Shown piece by piece: positions 17,552 to 28,500 of a DNA stretch of 64,000 nt (positions are counted from its first letter, which is position 1; every line of letters begins with the position of its first letter). The stretch spans positions 64,001 to 128,000 of IMG/VR virus record IMGVR_UViG_3300032315_001401. One strand, given 5' to 3'. Source of the DNA: a virus. Under the pieces are notes generated by a model, which was not told the DNA's origin, ran no database searches, and worked only from the letters and a program-made list of their open reading frames with translations. The translations under genes were made by a program, and so were the position numbers.

Positions 17552-18079
17552 TTATTCGGAAACTAATTGAACTACTTCTGTGATGGTTACATTTGTGGCA
17601 TTATCAACAGCAAGAGCTGAAACTTTTACGCTTCTGGACAAAGTAGATCCAGTTGCAGTAATTACTCCAACAATTGATGATGTATTTGCTGCAATAGTAA
17701 CTGTTGAATCAGTTGTAGCAGTTACTAGTCTATGGACTGTATTGATTCCTGTAGGTTGTGCATTTTCAATTGTCACATAATCACCAATTAAAAATGGATT
17801 TCCCGCATTATTATCAAAAGTAAGTACAGTTGATGTTCCCGTAGTAATACCTACTATTTGTTGCTTTGCAAGTCTTTCCTTCAAAACTTCATTTCCAAAA
17901 GGAGAAATCAGGAAAGAATTAACAGTAGCTACGGGATCTCCACCAGTTTCTACATATACTGCTGTTGATGCGCAAGCAACACGAATATATCCGCTTTTAA
18001 GTGCAATTGGATTGCTAGTAGCGGCTACAGAAACTGTAGGGGAAATTCTATTTACATTTTGGACAATTTTTATTGCCAT
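17552..18079 (-). CDS. Conserved hypothetical, probable virion-associated protein
   Basis: 175 aa, beta-rich T/V/G composition, inside the head operon. Confidence 0.65.
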   Translation of the reverse strand: MAIKIVQNVNRISPTVSVAATSNPIALKSGYIRVACASTAVYVETGGDPVATVNSFLISPFGNEVLKERLAKQQIVGITTGTSTVLTFDNNAGNPFLIGDYVTIENAQPTGINTVHRLVTATTDSTVTIAANTSSIVGVITATGSTLSRSVKVSALAVDNATNVTITEVVQLVSE

Positions 18080-18246
18080 TATTCGTTATCTCCAGTAGAA
18101 TCATCTTCACCAAACATCACTGCAGCAACTTCTGGGCGAGCATTATCTACTCTATCAGCGGCTTTTGCATACAATAATTGTTTAATTCTGTCTGAAACAT
18201 CTGTTGCAGATCCATCAGACGCAATCAAATCGATAAGTTCTTCCAT
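18079..18246 (-). CDS. Small prohead core protein (gp67/gp68-like position)
   Basis: Not in the ORF track. MEELIDLIASDGSATDVSDRIKQLLYAKAADRVDNARPEVAAVMFGEDDSTGDNE (55 aa); late promoter at 18271-18278; TAATG coupling to the next gene. Confidence 0.7.
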   Translation of the reverse strand: MEELIDLIASDGSATDVSDRIKQLLYAKAADRVDNARPEVAAVMFGEDDSTGDNE

Positions 18247-18270
18247 AAATTTATTTTATTACTATAGGAC

Positions 18271-18278
18271 TATTTATA
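18271..18278 (-). promoter_or_regulatory. T4-type late promoter TATAAATA
   Basis: Exact match overlapping the portal stop codon. Confidence 0.75.
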
Positions 18279-19974
18279 TTTTGCCACCTTTCGGTTCTTG
18301 AAATTCAACTTGCGAAACATCTACTGTTGGTTCTACGGGGACTTCTCCACCAGCACCTTGCTCAATCGCTTGACCAGCACCTTCCTCACCAGCTGGTGGT
18401 AATGGATTTCCCATCTCATCGACCGGTGCATTTGGATCTGGAAGAATACCTTTTTCAATTTCATCATCAATTTGTAAATCAAGTTCAATAATTTCAGAGT
18501 CCGTTTGGCGAAGAATTTTCTTACGCACATACTCTGTCGAATAGTATTTTCCGATATAAGGTTCTACCGTAGTTAAAAGTGTCAAACGATTTGTGAGAAG
18601 TTCTGCCTCTTTCAATTCAGAAAAATGATTATCATAAAGGAAGTCATATTGGATATGATCTTCCATCTTTTCCCAATCTTCTGGAGAAACTATGTTCTTC
18701 AAAAGAAGTTGAGTACGAAGCATATCGTTGAACATTTGAGCAAATCTTTTTCTCAAACGACCGACAAATTTGGAAAACTTTAATTCATCTCTTAAAATTT
18801 CAGAAGAACGACCCATATTAAATCCTTCCCCACCTCCAGCAATTCTAGTTTCTGGTACATTCAAAGATCTATAAAGTTTCTTTTGGAAATATTCAATATC
18901 GGATAATTCTCCAAGATTTTGACCACCGGGAAGAGTAGTAATTTCAGTTCCTCTACCACCTTCACGGCGAGGAAGCCAGAAATCTTCAAGCATACTCATA
19001 AACTTGCGATCATCGCGAACTTCCCCAGTATTCGCATCATAAACCAATTTGTTTCTATAACGAGACATAACCTCTTTGAGGTATTGCTCTGCTTTTACTT
19101 TTGGGAGATTACCAACATCGATGTAAAAAATACGACGCTCTGGTGCCCTTGACAATCTATAAATGACAAGAGAATCCTCAATCATTCGCAGTTGATTGAG
19201 TGCCTTAATTGCTTTATGGAGATATGAAAGAACAGTTCCTTTATTTCTATCAACTAAACCCGAAGTGCAATATGTGATAGAATCTTTGGCAATTTTAAGA
19301 GAACCTTTAGAAGCACCACTTAAATTGCCCATTGGGTAATTTGGAGTTGGAGAGTAGATAAAGTATTCTTCCATTTCGGAATACATTGTATCTAAATTAT
19401 TTGCCGAATTTCCATTATAACTTAATCTATCTACAATGTCTGATCCATTTTTTCCTTTTGTCCTTTTTTCTTGGCGGACGTGTTTCATCTTCATCGGATC
19501 TATATACCTCAATTCTTGAATGCCATCTTGAGGTTTTTTCATATCAATGACTTTTAGATAATATAATCTTCCGTCTACATACCAGTTTCTAAAAATTTCG
19601 TGCGATTTTCTGTCAAAATCCATCATTTCTTTGATGGATTTAAACTCTTTTCTAATTATATCTTTTAATTTATCACTTGCACTTAAATTTGTTAATTCAA
19701 TCTCAACTGGAGAGTCATAAAGATCGCTTACAATTGCTTCATTTACAATATCCTCAATAGCACTATCACATTCTGGGTGCAGCGCCATTTCTCTATAACG
19801 ACGCATTAAATCAAATTCAGTCCTATATACACCTTCAATGTCGACATACTGACCATAAAATCCAGATTGAATATAATAATCAACCCCGTCCTCATCAGTT
19901 TGAGGTACGGGGGAAACTATTGATTTGGATTTTTTTTCATTATCCTCAATCGAAAAACCAAAAAGTTTCGCCAT
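18274..19974 (-). CDS. gp20: Portal vertex protein
   Basis: YREMALHPECDSAIEDIVNE, NQLRMIEDSLVIYRLSRAPERRIFYIDVGNLPK, EDFWLPRREGGRGTEITTLPGGQNL. Confidence 0.99.
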   Translation of the reverse strand: MAKLFGFSIEDNEKKSKSIVSPVPQTDEDGVDYYIQSGFYGQYVDIEGVYRTEFDLMRRYREMALHPECDSAIEDIVNEAIVSDLYDSPVEIELTNLSASDKLKDIIRKEFKSIKEMMDFDRKSHEIFRNWYVDGRLYYLKVIDMKKPQDGIQELRYIDPMKMKHVRQEKRTKGKNGSDIVDRLSYNGNSANNLDTMYSEMEEYFIYSPTPNYPMGNLSGASKGSLKIAKDSITYCTSGLVDRNKGTVLSYLHKAIKALNQLRMIEDSLVIYRLSRAPERRIFYIDVGNLPKVKAEQYLKEVMSRYRNKLVYDANTGEVRDDRKFMSMLEDFWLPRREGGRGTEITTLPGGQNLGELSDIEYFQKKLYRSLNVPETRIAGGGEGFNMGRSSEILRDELKFSKFVGRLRKRFAQMFNDMLRTQLLLKNIVSPEDWEKMEDHIQYDFLYDNHFSELKEAELLTNRLTLLTTVEPYIGKYYSTEYVRKKILRQTDSEIIELDLQIDDEIEKGILPDPNAPVDEMGNPLPPAGEEGAGQAIEQGAGGEVPVEPTVDVSQVEFQEPKGGKI

Positions 19975-20005
19975 TTTATAAGTTAAACGTTATATGATAC
20001 TCTAT

Positions 20006-20596
20006 TTAGTTAATATCTTCACCGCCTGCTGCAGGTGAAGATCCTTTAATTGCTTCCCACCAATGTACTTGCATTTCAACAGTAAACTCTTGAATTGCTT
20101 CAGTCTCGTATGCCAGGTTAATTGCACTTACGCTGGTTGGGAATAAATCATAGAAGTGATAAGCTCTCAAGATGCTTCCATCACGATTAAGTTGATAGAC
20201 AAATGCATCTGCTTGATAAAGAGCTGGATCTGTAGTGCCAGTTGCATCAGAAAGACGATTCATATAGTTGGTCCACTTTTCGAATGCGGAACGAATTGCA
20301 AAGTCAGTATCGTTAATAACTGTAATCGTCCAGCTTTCGAATGTGCGATCCCCAGCAAGTCTTAAAGTTCTTCCTCTAAATGCTACTTCAACGGGAGTGA
20401 CATTTGATGCAGGAAGATTTGCTGCTTTGACAAGAAATCTACTCTTGTCTAGTGTATTTGAATCAATGCCAAGTGCTGCTGGGAAAGCAAGCTCAACTTC
20501 GAAGAGGTTACTTCTGGTGCCACCACCCGACAGCTTACTCTTGAAGTCTGTAATTTTTCTTAATGGAATTGTGTTAAGTTGGGTTCTGGTTGCCAT
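20006..20596 (-). CDS. gp19: Tail tube protein
   Basis: GGGTRSNLFEV...AGDRTFESWTITVINDTDF.IRSAFEKW...FPTSVSAINL. Confidence 0.96.
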   Translation of the reverse strand: MATRTQLNTIPLRKITDFKSKLSGGGTRSNLFEVELAFPAALGIDSNTLDKSRFLVKAANLPASNVTPVEVAFRGRTLRLAGDRTFESWTITVINDTDFAIRSAFEKWTNYMNRLSDATGTTDPALYQADAFVYQLNRDGSILRAYHFYDLFPTSVSAINLAYETEAIQEFTVEMQVHWWEAIKGSSPAAGGEDIN

Positions 20597-20615
20597 TTTT
20601 TGTTAAACCTCTAGA

Positions 20616-22799
20616 TTAAAAGTTTCCGATTACTTCTTCAAAATTAACACCAGTTTTGGTGGCAATAAAGTTGAGTCCAATGAAGTTGATGGACCTTGCT
20701 GGTTTGATGTAAATATCGGCAATAAACTCATTATTATCTATCACAGCAGCAGTGTTATTTGTCTCATCACAAATAACAACATAATCAAAGATTCCTCTCT
20801 TGGCTTGGACATCGCGCAAGAATGGTTCGATTGTATTTACAAAGTTTGTTCTGGTGATCTCATCATTGAATTCAAAGAGAGCATCCTTTGCTGCTTGAGA
20901 AATTGCATCCTCAAGATAGATAAACAGGCGGCGAACATTGATTCTATCAAATGCCGATGCTTTAGCAAAACCAGTTTTATCACCAAATAGGATAATTCCG
21001 GCACCTGGTGAGAATATTACTGGATTAATTCTATTCGAATAAAGTTTATCTCTTTGAGTTTTTGATGGATTGTATGCAAGTTTAACTGCATTTAGAATTG
21101 CACCTCTAGAAGTTCCGGCAGGTGAATACCAAGCAAAGTTGTTAATATCATTACGAGCACATAAACCAGCAATGTCACCATTTAGAGGCACATATCTAAA
21201 TGTATTTGAAAACCTATCATACATATACTTATATCCACTATCAAAGATTGCATAAGTGGATGATGTTACAGGTGAATAAAATTCAACTACATTGGTGGTA
21301 ATATCTGCAGCAGATTTTACTGTTACTTCAGTTTGTACTGAAGTATCTGATAGTGCTGCACCTCTATATGGTGAAATGAATGCAATTGCATCTTTTCTTA
21401 ATTCTGCAACGGAAATCAATTTGTTTGCAAGCGCTCGTGCATTGTTAATATCATATGCCGCAGATCCCATCAGAAGAAAATCTACTTTAAAGTTTTCTGT
21501 ATTTTCAAATAAATCATATCCGTCAGACAACTCTCCAAGAGTTGCCGTTAAAGCACCGGTTGAACCAATTCCTGCCTGCCCATTATAATCCTTACCACCA
21601 TCTAAGGTATTTGTAGATGCTCCAGCAGCAGCAAAGGTAATTCCCTCTGCTTCCTGATCCCAAGCAACATCCGACTCTAAAGTAAATCCGCTACTATATC
21701 CTGTAGTAACAATTCCAGTAGGAGCTCCTAGACCGAAGATATACTGTGAATTATTTTCAAGGTACTTTCTCCAATAAGATGGATTACCAACAGAAAACTG
21801 AGCATCTTTTGCTTTAGAAATACTCAAATGCTTTTCAAGAATTGTTCCAGCATTTCCGGTCACTGTACCTAAAGAATCAATCACAACTACATGCACTTCG
21901 TCAAATCTTGAATCTCTTGCTGCAGCATATGCAGAAGTTCCTGGTCTTGGAGCAATATTGTTCCAATAAATTGAAGATGTGCAAGTTGTGGAAGTTCCTG
22001 CTAAGCATATTGTTTGTTGGTCAAACCAATCTAGTCTTCCAGTGTATGCAGTTGTTCCTGCCGCAACTGTTTGCCCATTTGTGTGAATCGCAACACTTCC
22101 ACTTGAAGAAAAAGCATACACTCCAGATGGTTGATAATCTCGCTGAGTTTCGGTGTTTGCCGCAGAGACGTGTGAAAGTACTTTTACTGAAATTTGTGAA
22201 TTTCCAATTTCGGTGATAATCCCTTTTAAATATCCATCAAGTACTGAAGTTGTTCCAGCACCTGGATCAATTCTGCCTACTACCGATTGAGTAATACCAT
22301 ATCCAACTGCAATATTTGGAAATCCTGTAGTAGTAATTCCAACTAAAATTTGATCTGCTTCAGAATCGATGATAGCGACTTTAATACCATTTGACCAAGA
22401 TCCTGGATTTCTGGCAGCAACTACAACACCGGCAAGAGTATTTTCGTCATATCCCAATTCATTATAATGATCCAAACTATCAATTTTAACACTTGACGCA
22501 GTTCCTACAAATCCATTTCTCAAATCAATATCATTTGCTCTCACAACTCTGAGAGATCCGCCATATGATAAGTATGAAGATGCTGATAACCAATGCTCAT
22601 AATGTTTATCTGTTGAGTATGGCTCTCCAAAATTGGTAAGTAAATCATTCTCATTTTCAACTAAAGTTGGTGAATCTACCGGACCCTTTGCAAAGGGGGC
22701 AACAATCGCACCAACTTTATCTGATGAGGGTGTAACTCTCCCCTGCGTTAAATCAAATTCTCTTACTACAATACCAGGAGATGCTAAATTAAGCGGCAT
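20616..22799 (-). CDS. gp18: Tail sheath protein
   Basis: SPGIVVREFDLT, WYSPAGTSRG, DRINVRRLF, IYIKPARSINFIGLNFIATKTGV.F.E. Confidence 0.98.
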   Translation of the reverse strand: MPLNLASPGIVVREFDLTQGRVTPSSDKVGAIVAPFAKGPVDSPTLVENENDLLTNFGEPYSTDKHYEHWLSASSYLSYGGSLRVVRANDIDLRNGFVGTASSVKIDSLDHYNELGYDENTLAGVVVAARNPGSWSNGIKVAIIDSEADQILVGITTTGFPNIAVGYGITQSVVGRIDPGAGTTSVLDGYLKGIITEIGNSQISVKVLSHVSAANTETQRDYQPSGVYAFSSSGSVAIHTNGQTVAAGTTAYTGRLDWFDQQTICLAGTSTTCTSSIYWNNIAPRPGTSAYAAARDSRFDEVHVVVIDSLGTVTGNAGTILEKHLSISKAKDAQFSVGNPSYWRKYLENNSQYIFGLGAPTGIVTTGYSSGFTLESDVAWDQEAEGITFAAAGASTNTLDGGKDYNGQAGIGSTGALTATLGELSDGYDLFENTENFKVDFLLMGSAAYDINNARALANKLISVAELRKDAIAFISPYRGAALSDTSVQTEVTVKSAADITTNVVEFYSPVTSSTYAIFDSGYKYMYDRFSNTFRYVPLNGDIAGLCARNDINNFAWYSPAGTSRGAILNAVKLAYNPSKTQRDKLYSNRINPVIFSPGAGIILFGDKTGFAKASAFDRINVRRLFIYLEDAISQAAKDALFEFNDEITRTNFVNTIEPFLRDVQAKRGIFDYVVICDETNNTAAVIDNNEFIADIYIKPARSINFIGLNFIATKTGVNFEEVIGNF

Positions 22800-22833
22800 C
22801 TTTATTCTCCGTATTACCAGAATATTCTAAAAG

Positions 22834-22841
22834 TATTTATA
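22834..22841 (-). promoter_or_regulatory. T4-type late promoter for gp18
   Basis: Exact TATAAATA. Confidence 0.8.
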
Positions 22842-22859
22842 ATTTCCTGCTTCTTAAAG

Positions 22860-24074
22860 TCACCTATAATCCCACATATAAGATCTGTCTCCATATTCAT
22901 CCACATTCCAGACTTCCATAGATTCTAGAGGGGCATTATTTGCTCCTACTAACCACCTGTCCCCAGTTTCTTGCTCTACAAATACATCCATATCCTCCAA
23001 TCCATCAGAAATAAATCCAAAAGGAGACATATCTTGCTCTATTTGATTTTTTTGCTCTTCATATATTCTCTTACGAACATCATTATCCGTCATTTCTTTA
23101 AAATAATCTTGAGCAACCAACCAAGAAAAAATAACTAGACACATCGCAAGGTCATCGTTACAACCTTCTTCTGCCTCAAAGGAGTTGTGTTTTTGAGAAA
23201 ATGTTGTAAGTTCGCTAATAATATCATAATCTACTGTTAGAAGTTTATCATCTTCAAGTAGAGTCTTGAGGTTGGAGCATCCTAATTTTTTAACAGCAGC
23301 AGTCATTCTCACACCAAGTTGTGATTTCTTTCCACTAAAACCAGAACCAACAATCTGACCTGCACGACCTCTCATTGCACACATCAAAACATTATCATAT
23401 TCAAGATCAAAGTGTAAGATACTTGCAACTTGATCTCCAATATCATTGACCTCAATCAGTAACCAAGCATCATTGTATCCTTTTGCCACTTCGTGAATAA
23501 TGCTGGGAAACAGCATTGGTTTAATTTCATTGTTTTTATATTTTCCTACAATTTTATACGGGAAATTAGTAATATCAAAAACAACAAATGCTGAATAATC
23601 ATTACCTAATCCACGAGCAACATCAACGGTAATTAAATAATTATGCTCTTCTTTTGGATGCTCATAAATGTCTAAACCAGCATTTCTCTTGATAGGGTCA
23701 TCATATGCAAGATTGCGAAGTTTTGTTGCGTTAATAAGAGTATTGACCGAACCTAAAAATTCGCAATTGTGTGATATTATATTATTTGAATAATATAGAT
23801 TATCCTCACCAACATCAAGTAAGTCATAAAGATATATTCCTTCCTCTACTATTTCATTATATACTACTTTTTTTCCCTGCAATAAATCATCAACCCTAAT
23901 TGTTGACGCTTTAATTTTTTCTTTTCCGAAAGAATGATTATCGGAGCACTTTATTTCCGACCCATCATCAAATATTATCCAATGATAGAAAGGTTTATAA
24001 ACTTTTTGAATTCCTGAAAAAGATTTAAATCCATAAGGAGTTTTTACTTCAATATTTTTATTAAGTTTAAACAT
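22860..24074 (-). CDS. gp17: Large terminase C-terminal fragment (nuclease domain) fused to a split-intein C-fragment
   Basis: The first 103 aa are intein-like and end ...IISHN, followed by the extein CEFLGSVNTLI; nuclease motifs ITVDVARG..NDYSAF and NDDLAM. Confidence 0.93.
   Translation of the reverse strand: MFKLNKNIEVKTPYGFKSFSGIQKVYKPFYHWIIFDDGSEIKCSDNHSFGKEKIKASTIRVDDLLQGKKVVYNEIVEEGIYLYDLLDVGEDNLYYSNNIISHNCEFLGSVNTLINATKLRNLAYDDPIKRNAGLDIYEHPKEEHNYLITVDVARGLGNDYSAFVVFDITNFPYKIVGKYKNNEIKPMLFPSIIHEVAKGYNDAWLLIEVNDIGDQVASILHFDLEYDNVLMCAMRGRAGQIVGSGFSGKKSQLGVRMTAAVKKLGCSNLKTLLEDDKLLTVDYDIISELTTFSQKHNSFEAEEGCNDDLAMCLVIFSWLVAQDYFKEMTDNDVRKRIYEEQKNQIEQDMSPFGFISDGLEDMDVFVEQETGDRWLVGANNAPLESMEVWNVDEYGDRSYMWDYR
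23766..24074 (-). mobile_element. Split intein C-fragment (IntC, 103 aa)
   Basis: Block B-like KCSDNHSF, block F LYDLLDV, terminal His-Asn with Cys at +1. Confidence 0.9.
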
Positions 24075-24636
24075 TTTTCCAACACTCGTTTAAAACAATC
24101 CTTTTTAATCCTTGAGGTGTTAAATTATATTTTTTGGCGTATTCTTTACAAAATGCCTGAACATATGACATTTTTTTACCATTTTTCATAATCATTCCAA
24201 CATTTTGTAAATTTGGTTTTTCATTATATAGTTTTCTTATTGCTCTTATCTCATCATCATTAATTTTTCTACTAAAAACTCTACCTTTTCTAGAGTTACT
24301 CATTTTCTCTACAGTTTCTTCCGAAAAACAATTTTGCATACCTTTATTCCAAGGAATATTACCTTTCTTAACCCCTCCAATTCCTTTTCTTTCATAATTA
24401 TCAAAACCTTCCCCACCAGTAGACTTGTTCCATCCATTTTTGAAAGTATCAAATTTTTCTATATAAAAAATTTCTTTTTCTTTTGCTTTTTCTGCAACAT
24501 CTATTTGTTCACTTATTTCAAAAGTATGTGGTGGTTTATTTCTTTTATGTTCTCTTTTTCTAGAATCTAAATTTTGGGTTTGTCCAACGTATTTAACTTT
24601 ACCGTCAGAATTTTTAAGAAAGTAAATATAATACAT
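24067..24636 (-). CDS. Free-standing GIY-YIG homing endonuclease with NUMOD3-like DNA-binding motif
   Basis: YYIYFLKN...KYVGQT...RKREH, AKEKEIFYIE...GWN..TGG, IPWNKG...SEETVEKMS; sits between the two terminase halves. Confidence 0.88.
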   Translation of the reverse strand: MYYIYFLKNSDGKVKYVGQTQNLDSRKREHKRNKPPHTFEISEQIDVAEKAKEKEIFYIEKFDTFKNGWNKSTGGEGFDNYERKGIGGVKKGNIPWNKGMQNCFSEETVEKMSNSRKGRVFSRKINDDEIRAIRKLYNEKPNLQNVGMIMKNGKKMSYVQAFCKEYAKKYNLTPQGLKRIVLNECWKNV

Positions 24637-24645
24637 TTTTATTAT

Positions 24646-24653
24646 TATTTATA
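24646..24653 (-). promoter_or_regulatory. Late promoter driving the endonuclease and the gp17 C-fragment
   Basis: Exact TATAAATA in the 28-nt gap. Confidence 0.8.
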
Positions 24654-24664
24654 ATCCAAAAAAC

Positions 24665-25546
24665 TCACAATCGTTTATATAAGTCTTTCATAGAAATTTT
24701 TTGAGTATTTCCATCACTATCTTGAATTTCAACTAAAGTATCCCCACTTAAACATTCAAACTCAACCTTAAACTGCTGCTCACTCGTGTTTGCAATCGTC
24801 TGTGCCTTCCACGCTTCGTCTCTACCGGGCACTTCAGACCAATGAACATCTGTAGGAACATATTCATTTTTGCCCCTTTCAGCGTCGTGCCACATACGGT
24901 AGAAGTGATTCATACCGCGAGGAGTGGAAACAATAATTACCTTTGTGCTTTGACCAGAAGAAATAGTAGGATAAACAGACGCAAAGAAGTCGTCAGCAAT
25001 GTGATTTGGAATAAACGCAAATTCGTCCAAAAAGATGACATTATATGACCCTCCTCGAACAGCAGATGAAGAAGTAGAGTTTGATGAAATTTTTGATCCA
25101 TTTTCTAACTCTAGAGAACCTTTGTTCCAAGATATAATACCCTGTTGCATCCACTTGGGCAAATTCTCATAAGCAAGTTGCAATCTTCCGAGAAGGTCTC
25201 TGGCAGTGGATGCTTTGTTTGCTAGAATTGCTATATTCACATTATCGTTAAATACCGCATAATGTAATAAGTATGAGACGCAAGTTGTAGATTTACCCGT
25301 CTGGCGGGGCATCTTGCAGATATTAAATCTATTCTCGTGGAAGTTCTTTACAAGTTTCTCCTGAAACGGATACATCTTAAATGGAACAAGACCGTGGTCC
25401 AAAGAAACAATCTTAATATAATTCTTTGCAAAATATACAGGGTCTTCCTTACACTTTAAGAACTCAATAATTTGTTCTTCAGTGAATTGAATTTGTGTAT
25501 TCGCTTTTTTTAGGTTGGGATTACCAAGATAAATGTTATCACTCAT
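24665..25546 (-). CDS. gp17: Large terminase N-terminal fragment (ATPase) fused to a split-intein N-fragment
   Basis: YLGNPNLKKAN, Walker A MPRQTGKST, Walker B IFLDEFAF; ends QFKVEFE|CLSGDTLVEIQDSDGNTQKISMKDLYKRL-stop. Confidence 0.95.
   Translation of the reverse strand: MSDNIYLGNPNLKKANTQIQFTEEQIIEFLKCKEDPVYFAKNYIKIVSLDHGLVPFKMYPFQEKLVKNFHENRFNICKMPRQTGKSTTCVSYLLHYAVFNDNVNIAILANKASTARDLLGRLQLAYENLPKWMQQGIISWNKGSLELENGSKISSNSTSSSAVRGGSYNVIFLDEFAFIPNHIADDFFASVYPTISSGQSTKVIIVSTPRGMNHFYRMWHDAERGKNEYVPTDVHWSEVPGRDEAWKAQTIANTSEQQFKVEFECLSGDTLVEIQDSDGNTQKISMKDLYKRL
24668..24754 (-). mobile_element. Split intein N-fragment (IntN, 29 aa)
   Basis: Block A CLSGDTLV at the EFE|C junction. Confidence 0.9.
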
Positions 25547-25555
25547 GACTTTTAA

Positions 25556-28500
25556 TCAAACCCCACCATATGCAAATATCCAAACACCACCAACAGCAGT
25601 TGAAGTTGAGAATAGTTCAATCATCATACTTGCTTGAGCAGCACCACCACCTCCAAGTTGATAAACATTACTACCATTACTACACTGACTTGCAGTTACT
25701 CCAGTAAATGTAAAAGTATTTGCACCAGTATGAGGAGTAATAAAAATCCTAATTCCTCTATTTGCTGTAAAATTAGTTAGTGTAACTGTTCTATTTCCAT
25801 TAGCACTTGGTTGCCAGAATATTACATCAGGACCAGTAAAATCTACTGTAAGTGTGCTTGCCTGTGTAGTAGAAGTAGAGATGAAATATGATGGTATTGC
25901 ATTAACTGTAACTTGCCCTGTGGAATTGGAAATAGTAACACCAGTACCAGCAACAATAGAAGTTACAATACCAGTTAGATTTGTTCCAGAACCACTATAA
26001 GAAGTTGCAGTAACTACACCAGAGAATGTTCCACCATCAGTACATACAAGTTTTGTCGTAGTTACAACTCCAACACTCATTCCAAGTGATGAAGTATTTC
26101 CATAACCTAATACTGAATTTAGGTTTTGTGCTCCTGTAATTGTAACAATACCAATTCCATTCACAGGTGCAATTGTAATTCCACTTCCAGCAATGATTTG
26201 ATTAACAATCGTTGGTTTGTTGAGAATAGATGCAACACCAACTGTTGAAGTCCAATCACTATTGACTTGAGCAGTTCCATTAATCGTAACTCTTCCTGTT
26301 GAACCTGATACTGTAATTCCACCAGTACCAGCAACAATAGAAGTTACAATACCAGTTAGATTTGCACCATTTCCAGTATAAGAAGTTGCGGATACAACTC
26401 CAACATTAATTCCAAGTGCCGAAGTATTTCCGTTAGTTAATACCGAATTGAGGTTCTGTGTTCCAGTTGCATTAATTGTGACTGTACCAATTCCATTCAC
26501 AGGAGATAGTGATACACCAGTTCCTCCAATAATTTGATTAACAATATTTGGTTTGTTTAGAATTGCAGTAACACCAACAGTGGCATTCCAATCAGAATTA
26601 AGTTGTGTTCTTGGTCCTGGAATTTGGTCGTAATGAGTTCCATTGTGAATTAATAAGTCCCCATCTTGAAGTGATAAAGGTCCATTTCCAAAATTAGTTG
26701 TACCAACTCCAACTACTGTATATTGCCAACCTGCTTCTCCAGTTGCATCTGTGATTGGTGGAATATTGGTAACAACATTATATGCTCCTTTGTAGATAAC
26801 AGCACCAGTAACAGTTGGAGGGGTCTCCCAAGACATTACATAATTACCAGCAACATTAGTAACCTTCAGGAACTTATCTGCAGTTCCTGCGGTTTGTGGT
26901 GGGAAATATGTTAATCTTGAATTATCATAGAAAGTAATACCAGTAGTGCTACCTGTGCCAGTAAATGATAACCCATTATTATTAATACTTGCAGATAATG
27001 TTTTAGTTGCTGTACCAAGAGGTGCAGTATAGAAATTTATTTGTGACCCATAAGCAGTATTTGTATAATTTTCCCTAGCAACAAACTCAATGGCAGTTGG
27101 AGCGGCAGTTTGAGGAATAGTAGTTGTACCCCAACCTACTGCAGTAATTCTAAACATACTATCTCCAGACTGCAGAGCAGTAGGAATTCCAGCAGTTCCT
27201 CTACCAGAACGACCTGTTAATTGTGCGTGAGCACCAACACCAAATCCATCAATCGTAACTCTTGCGGGAGCATCTTGATTGCTAGTGAGGTGTAATAATC
27301 CTCCAGAAAATAAAATTGGTTGATAATCACCGTTTGGAGAACCAATAATACTCACTCCACCAATATCTCCCGCAGGAATAGTTGGGGGATAATATTGAGT
27401 GCGTCCTGTGCGGTCTGTATAAAATGCTGTTCTATTTACAGCATTTTCAACTCTAACAGAACGATTGAAAATAACATCCGCAGTTGCACCAAGAGAACCA
27501 ATATAAACATCACGAGTACTATCTTTAATCTGCAAGGTATTATCTCTCAATACCCATTCACCAACTTCTAAACCAGCACCACCTTTGATGTAGAAATTAC
27601 CTGCTTTTGCTCCAAGTGCTTGGTCGTTTCCTAATGTTTCGTCCTGTACATAAATCGTTCCAGTTCCAAACCAGACTTCTTTAAATCTTCTGGATGGAGA
27701 ACCCAAAGACCATTCATTAGTCGTGTATGGGAGAATGTCCGAGTGATTAACAATATTACCACCAGGACCTGCATTCAAAGTAATATCAACATTATTTCCA
27801 GTAAGTATTGACATCCCCGCATTGACGGTTGCACGAGCAAAAGTAATTATCTCATCTGTTATTGGAAGAGGTGCTCCTACTGGAAAATTAATATCAGTAA
27901 TAATAACCTTATTATATGCACCAGTACCAATACCAATAATTTTACTTCCAACTGGAATTGCTGCACCAGCAATCACATCATCTATCTGAAGTGTTGGTGT
28001 GGGAACTGCTTGAAGTTCATAAACTGCATATGGAACACCAGTAATACCATAGGTTAAACCATAACTTCCAATACCTAAATTTGCATAATTTCCGTGTTCA
28101 AGAACTACATTTAGATTTTCATTACCAATGTTAGCAACAATTGAAGAAATACCAGAAATAACAGAACCAACTGGAATGTTTACTGCAGCAACACTAATTT
28201 CATTTGTGGTTGTATTTCCACGGTCGGTGACTGTATCCAAAGTATCTGCATCCAAATCACCAACTAATACAAATTCTGCTTTGTTTGTTGTTGAATTCCA
28301 GGACAGAACTTTACCATCATAAGCAGCAGAATTCGTTGCAAGTCCAACAACATCATCCAGGTATCTAAATTTTGTTTCACCACCACCACCTAATGTGGAG
28401 AGTTGTTGTTGGATGCGAGAAAGAAAGAGTTTATAATGCTTTTCTAAATCTTCAAGTGTTGCGAACTTTTGGTCTAATGGAGTTAATGTGTCTTTTTGAA

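Noticed and set aside
22860-25546. gp17 as a frameshifted pseudogene or assembly error
   Set aside because: Both halves keep their catalytic motifs, the break falls exactly at intein blocks A and G, and an intact endonuclease with its own promoter fills the gap.
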